Assembly: GCF_009914755.1 (NCBI RefSeq)
Contig: NC_060943.1
DNA from: the human T2T-CHM13v2.0 reference genome, Homo sapiens
DNA: 64,000 nt
Reading direction: 5' to 3' (one strand)
This document shows, piece by piece, positions 60,551-64,000 of this stretch (positions within the stretch are counted from its first letter, which is position 1; every line of letters starts with the position of its first letter). The translations under genes and the position numbers were made by a program. Below the pieces are notes generated by a model. That model did not search any database, was not told the DNA's origin, and saw only the letters and a program-made list of their open reading frames with translations.

Positions 60551-60721
60551 CTCAGGTACTGCAGGTTGCATTTATGATTTCTGAGCAGGTCACACAGCAT
60601 CAGCATCATCGTGCGTTCCCACTCGATGTGCCCTGCCAGGGTCAGGTGCGTGAGGGTCTTCTTCCCAATGAAAGCAAGACAGAAGTCCCGGTACGCGGTG
60701 TCAGGGGTGACGTTTTTAATC
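60551..60721 (-). CDS. NLRP7: NLRP7 exon 6 (LRR, 171 nt)
   Basis: ccctag|G ATT AAA AAC ... CTG AG|gtgggt; IKNVTPDTAYRDFC...CNLQYLR. Confidence 0.96.
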
Positions 60722-60810
60722 CTAGGGAAAAGCAGAAGAGATTCCACTTGGAGTGATTAATACTCACATTGTGTGGAGGCATGTATAAACAAAAAGCTGT
60801 TTCACATTTA

Positions 60811-61236
<426 letters not shown>

Positions 61237-61320
61237 TCACGCCTGTAATCCCAGCACTTTGGGAGGCCGAGGCCGAGGCGGGTGGATCACGAGGTCAGGA
61301 GATCAAGACCATCCTGGCTA

Positions 61321-61503
<183 letters not shown>

Positions 61504-61835
61504 TCAAAAAAAAAAAAAAAAGTCAAGAAGCAGAGGATCAGGAAAAACAACTAAGGGGTACTAGGCTTAATACTTGGGTGACAAAATAATCTGTACAACA
61601 AACTCCTATGACACACGGTTACCTGTGTAACTAACCTGTACTTGTACCTACTTTTTGGTTTGTTTTGGTAACAAAACAAACCAAAAAAAAGATAGCTGGG
61701 GCCAGGCATGGTGGCTCATGCCTGTAATCCCAGCACTTTCAAAGACCGAGGCAGGCGCATCACCTTAGGTCAGGAGTTCGAGACAAGCCTGGCCAAGATG
61801 GAGAAAATTCCACCTCTACTAAAAACACAAGATTA

Positions 61836-62298
<463 letters not shown>

Positions 62299-62333
62299 TC
62301 AGGGTCTTCCTTGCAAGATGAGCTTCTACTTAC

Positions 62334-62531
62334 TCCACTTTCTGCAGATGACAGGTGCTACGGGTTACATGGTCACAAAGAATCCGCACAGAAGAGTCAC
62401 TCAGGAAGCTTTGTTTCACTTCCAGAAACTTGAGGTTGCTGTTTGAGCTGAAGAGAGAGCAGAAATCTGTCCAGAGGCGAAGAGAGCGAAGATCCTGCCG
62501 AGCCCAGTTCGGAATGGTTAGGTAAGTGCAC
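62334..62531 (-). CDS. NLRP7: NLRP7 exon 5 (198 nt; internal alternative acceptor at 62447 removes 84 nt)
   Basis: ctgcag|G TGC ACT TAC ... GTG GA|gtaagt; CTYLTIPNWARQDL...CHLQKVE; Arg693 codon CGG intact at 62384-62386. Confidence 0.96.
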
Positions 62532-62599
62532 CTGCAGGAGAACACACGTTCATCTCTTAGGACTAGTACCTGCATGGTGAGATGGGCATCTGCAAACCA

Positions 62600-62642
62600 C
62601 ATTTCAATGGCAAAAACCACAATTACTTTTGCACCAACCTAA
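62600..62642. mobile_element. MADE1 (Hsmar1 MITE) half element
   Basis: AATGGCAAAAACCACAATTACTTTTGCACCAACCTAA resembles the Hsmar1 TIR. Confidence 0.75.
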
Positions 62643-62828
62643 AACAGTGTCTATAGTAAACAATATTGCATCACATACTTTGCTACCAGTATAGATCTTA
62701 AGTTTTACAAAAAAAATAAAATAATAGATAAGGCTGAGTGAGGTGGCTCATGCCTGTAATCCCAACACTTTGCTAGGCCAAAGTGGGAAGATCACTTGAG
62801 CCCAGGAGTTTAAGACCAACTTGGGCTA

Positions 62829-63143
<315 letters not shown>

Positions 63144-63177
63144 CTAGTGGAGCGTGGGATGGGAAAACAGTTCTTAC

Positions 63178-64000
63178 CTTTCAAATTCAATGTCCAGTTC
63201 AAAATCCATGTAATTCTCCAGGAACACCCCCTTTGCTACCTGCAGTGAGAGTTTCTGCAAGTCTTGACAATGCTTCAGGCTGAAGGAACAATGCATCACT
63301 TCAGAAGTATTTGTCAGGTGAATAGAAATTTCCTTGAACGGGGCCACCACCACCTTCGCCAGCTCCTCCTCCTGAGACTCATACAGGCAGCCCAAGACCT
63401 CCTTCAGGTCGGTCACGGATAAGGGCTTATTTGCATGAAGATGTGCTTTGCATTGCAGCAATTCCTGTTTGATGTCCGGTGACATCCGGCAGCCAAAAGT
63501 GGCCTCCAACTCCTTGGCTCTCTTCTCGTTAGCGAGGCCGAATAAGAAGTGTCCTACTTGAATCAGGTCGGGGTTCTTGAGTCTTTCTTCTCCGGAAAGC
63601 AGCTTCTGTACGTCCCCAATGTCCCAGGCGTGGCCGTCCCTGTCCTCCTCCTCCTCCTTCTCCAGGGCGTAGAACAGGGCAGTGAGAAACTGCTGGAAGC
63701 TGAGGTGGATGAAGGAGTAGCAGCCTTTGGAGACTCTGTCCTGGCGGAGGATGTCTCCGTCCAGGAACAGACGGAGGTCGGACTCCTGCACCCCGAGCCT
63801 TTCCAGGTCCTCTCGGTGGAACACGGACATCTGCGCCCACAGGCCCTGCGCGGCCAGGAGGCTCAGCGTCCGCAGCGCGCCCCGCAGCTGTGCGCCCTGC
63901 GGGAACCGGCTGCAGAGGAAACGCAGGAACAGCCCCGTGCGGGTGAGGCAGGTGGGGACCGGGTCCTCCCCCTTCTCCATCTGCAGCTTCAGAGTCGTGC
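63178..64000 (-). CDS. NLRP7: NLRP7 exon 4 (NACHT-associated region), partial; continues beyond the window
   Basis: Open frame with the NLRP winged-helix motif YSFIHLSFQQFLTALFY, ending GAA AG|gtaaga; downstream exon lengths fit the 1037-aa isoform. Confidence 0.97.

Noticed and set aside
63529-63840. 103-aa alternative-frame ORF inside NLRP7 exon 4
   Set aside because: Expected in GC-rich coding sequence; no recognisable domain.

Overview
Primate (very probably human chr19q13.4) genomic DNA at the end of the leukocyte receptor complex. It holds the last three coding exons of FCAR (CD89, + strand), the complete 7-exon NCR1 (NKp46, + strand, 304 codons), and the 3' part of NLRP7 (- strand, end of NACHT exon 4 plus exons 5-11), convergent with NCR1. 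All listed exons have GT-AG boundaries and consistent phases. Most of the rest is repeat-derived: dozens of Alus, old antisense L1 in FCAR intron 2, a two-LTR HERV-H provirus nested in an Alu (5-bp TSD), solo LTRs resembling LTR22, LTR15 and LTR13 (each with TSD), a truncated SVA, and DNA-transposon relics (MER44, MER47, MER20, MER85, MER1, MADE1). Nearly all ORF-track entries outside the exons are Alu, L1 or low-complexity artefacts. I see no evidence of a new gene system. The best leads are a candidate NK enhancer sharing a 10-mer with the NCR1 promoter, a MER85 (CSB-PGBD3 target class) in NLRP7, a nested ERV/Alu stack, a short mRNA retrocopy, a 7SK fragment, and a local inverted duplication in NLRP7. 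Repeat family names and variant numbering come from memory and need database confirmation.
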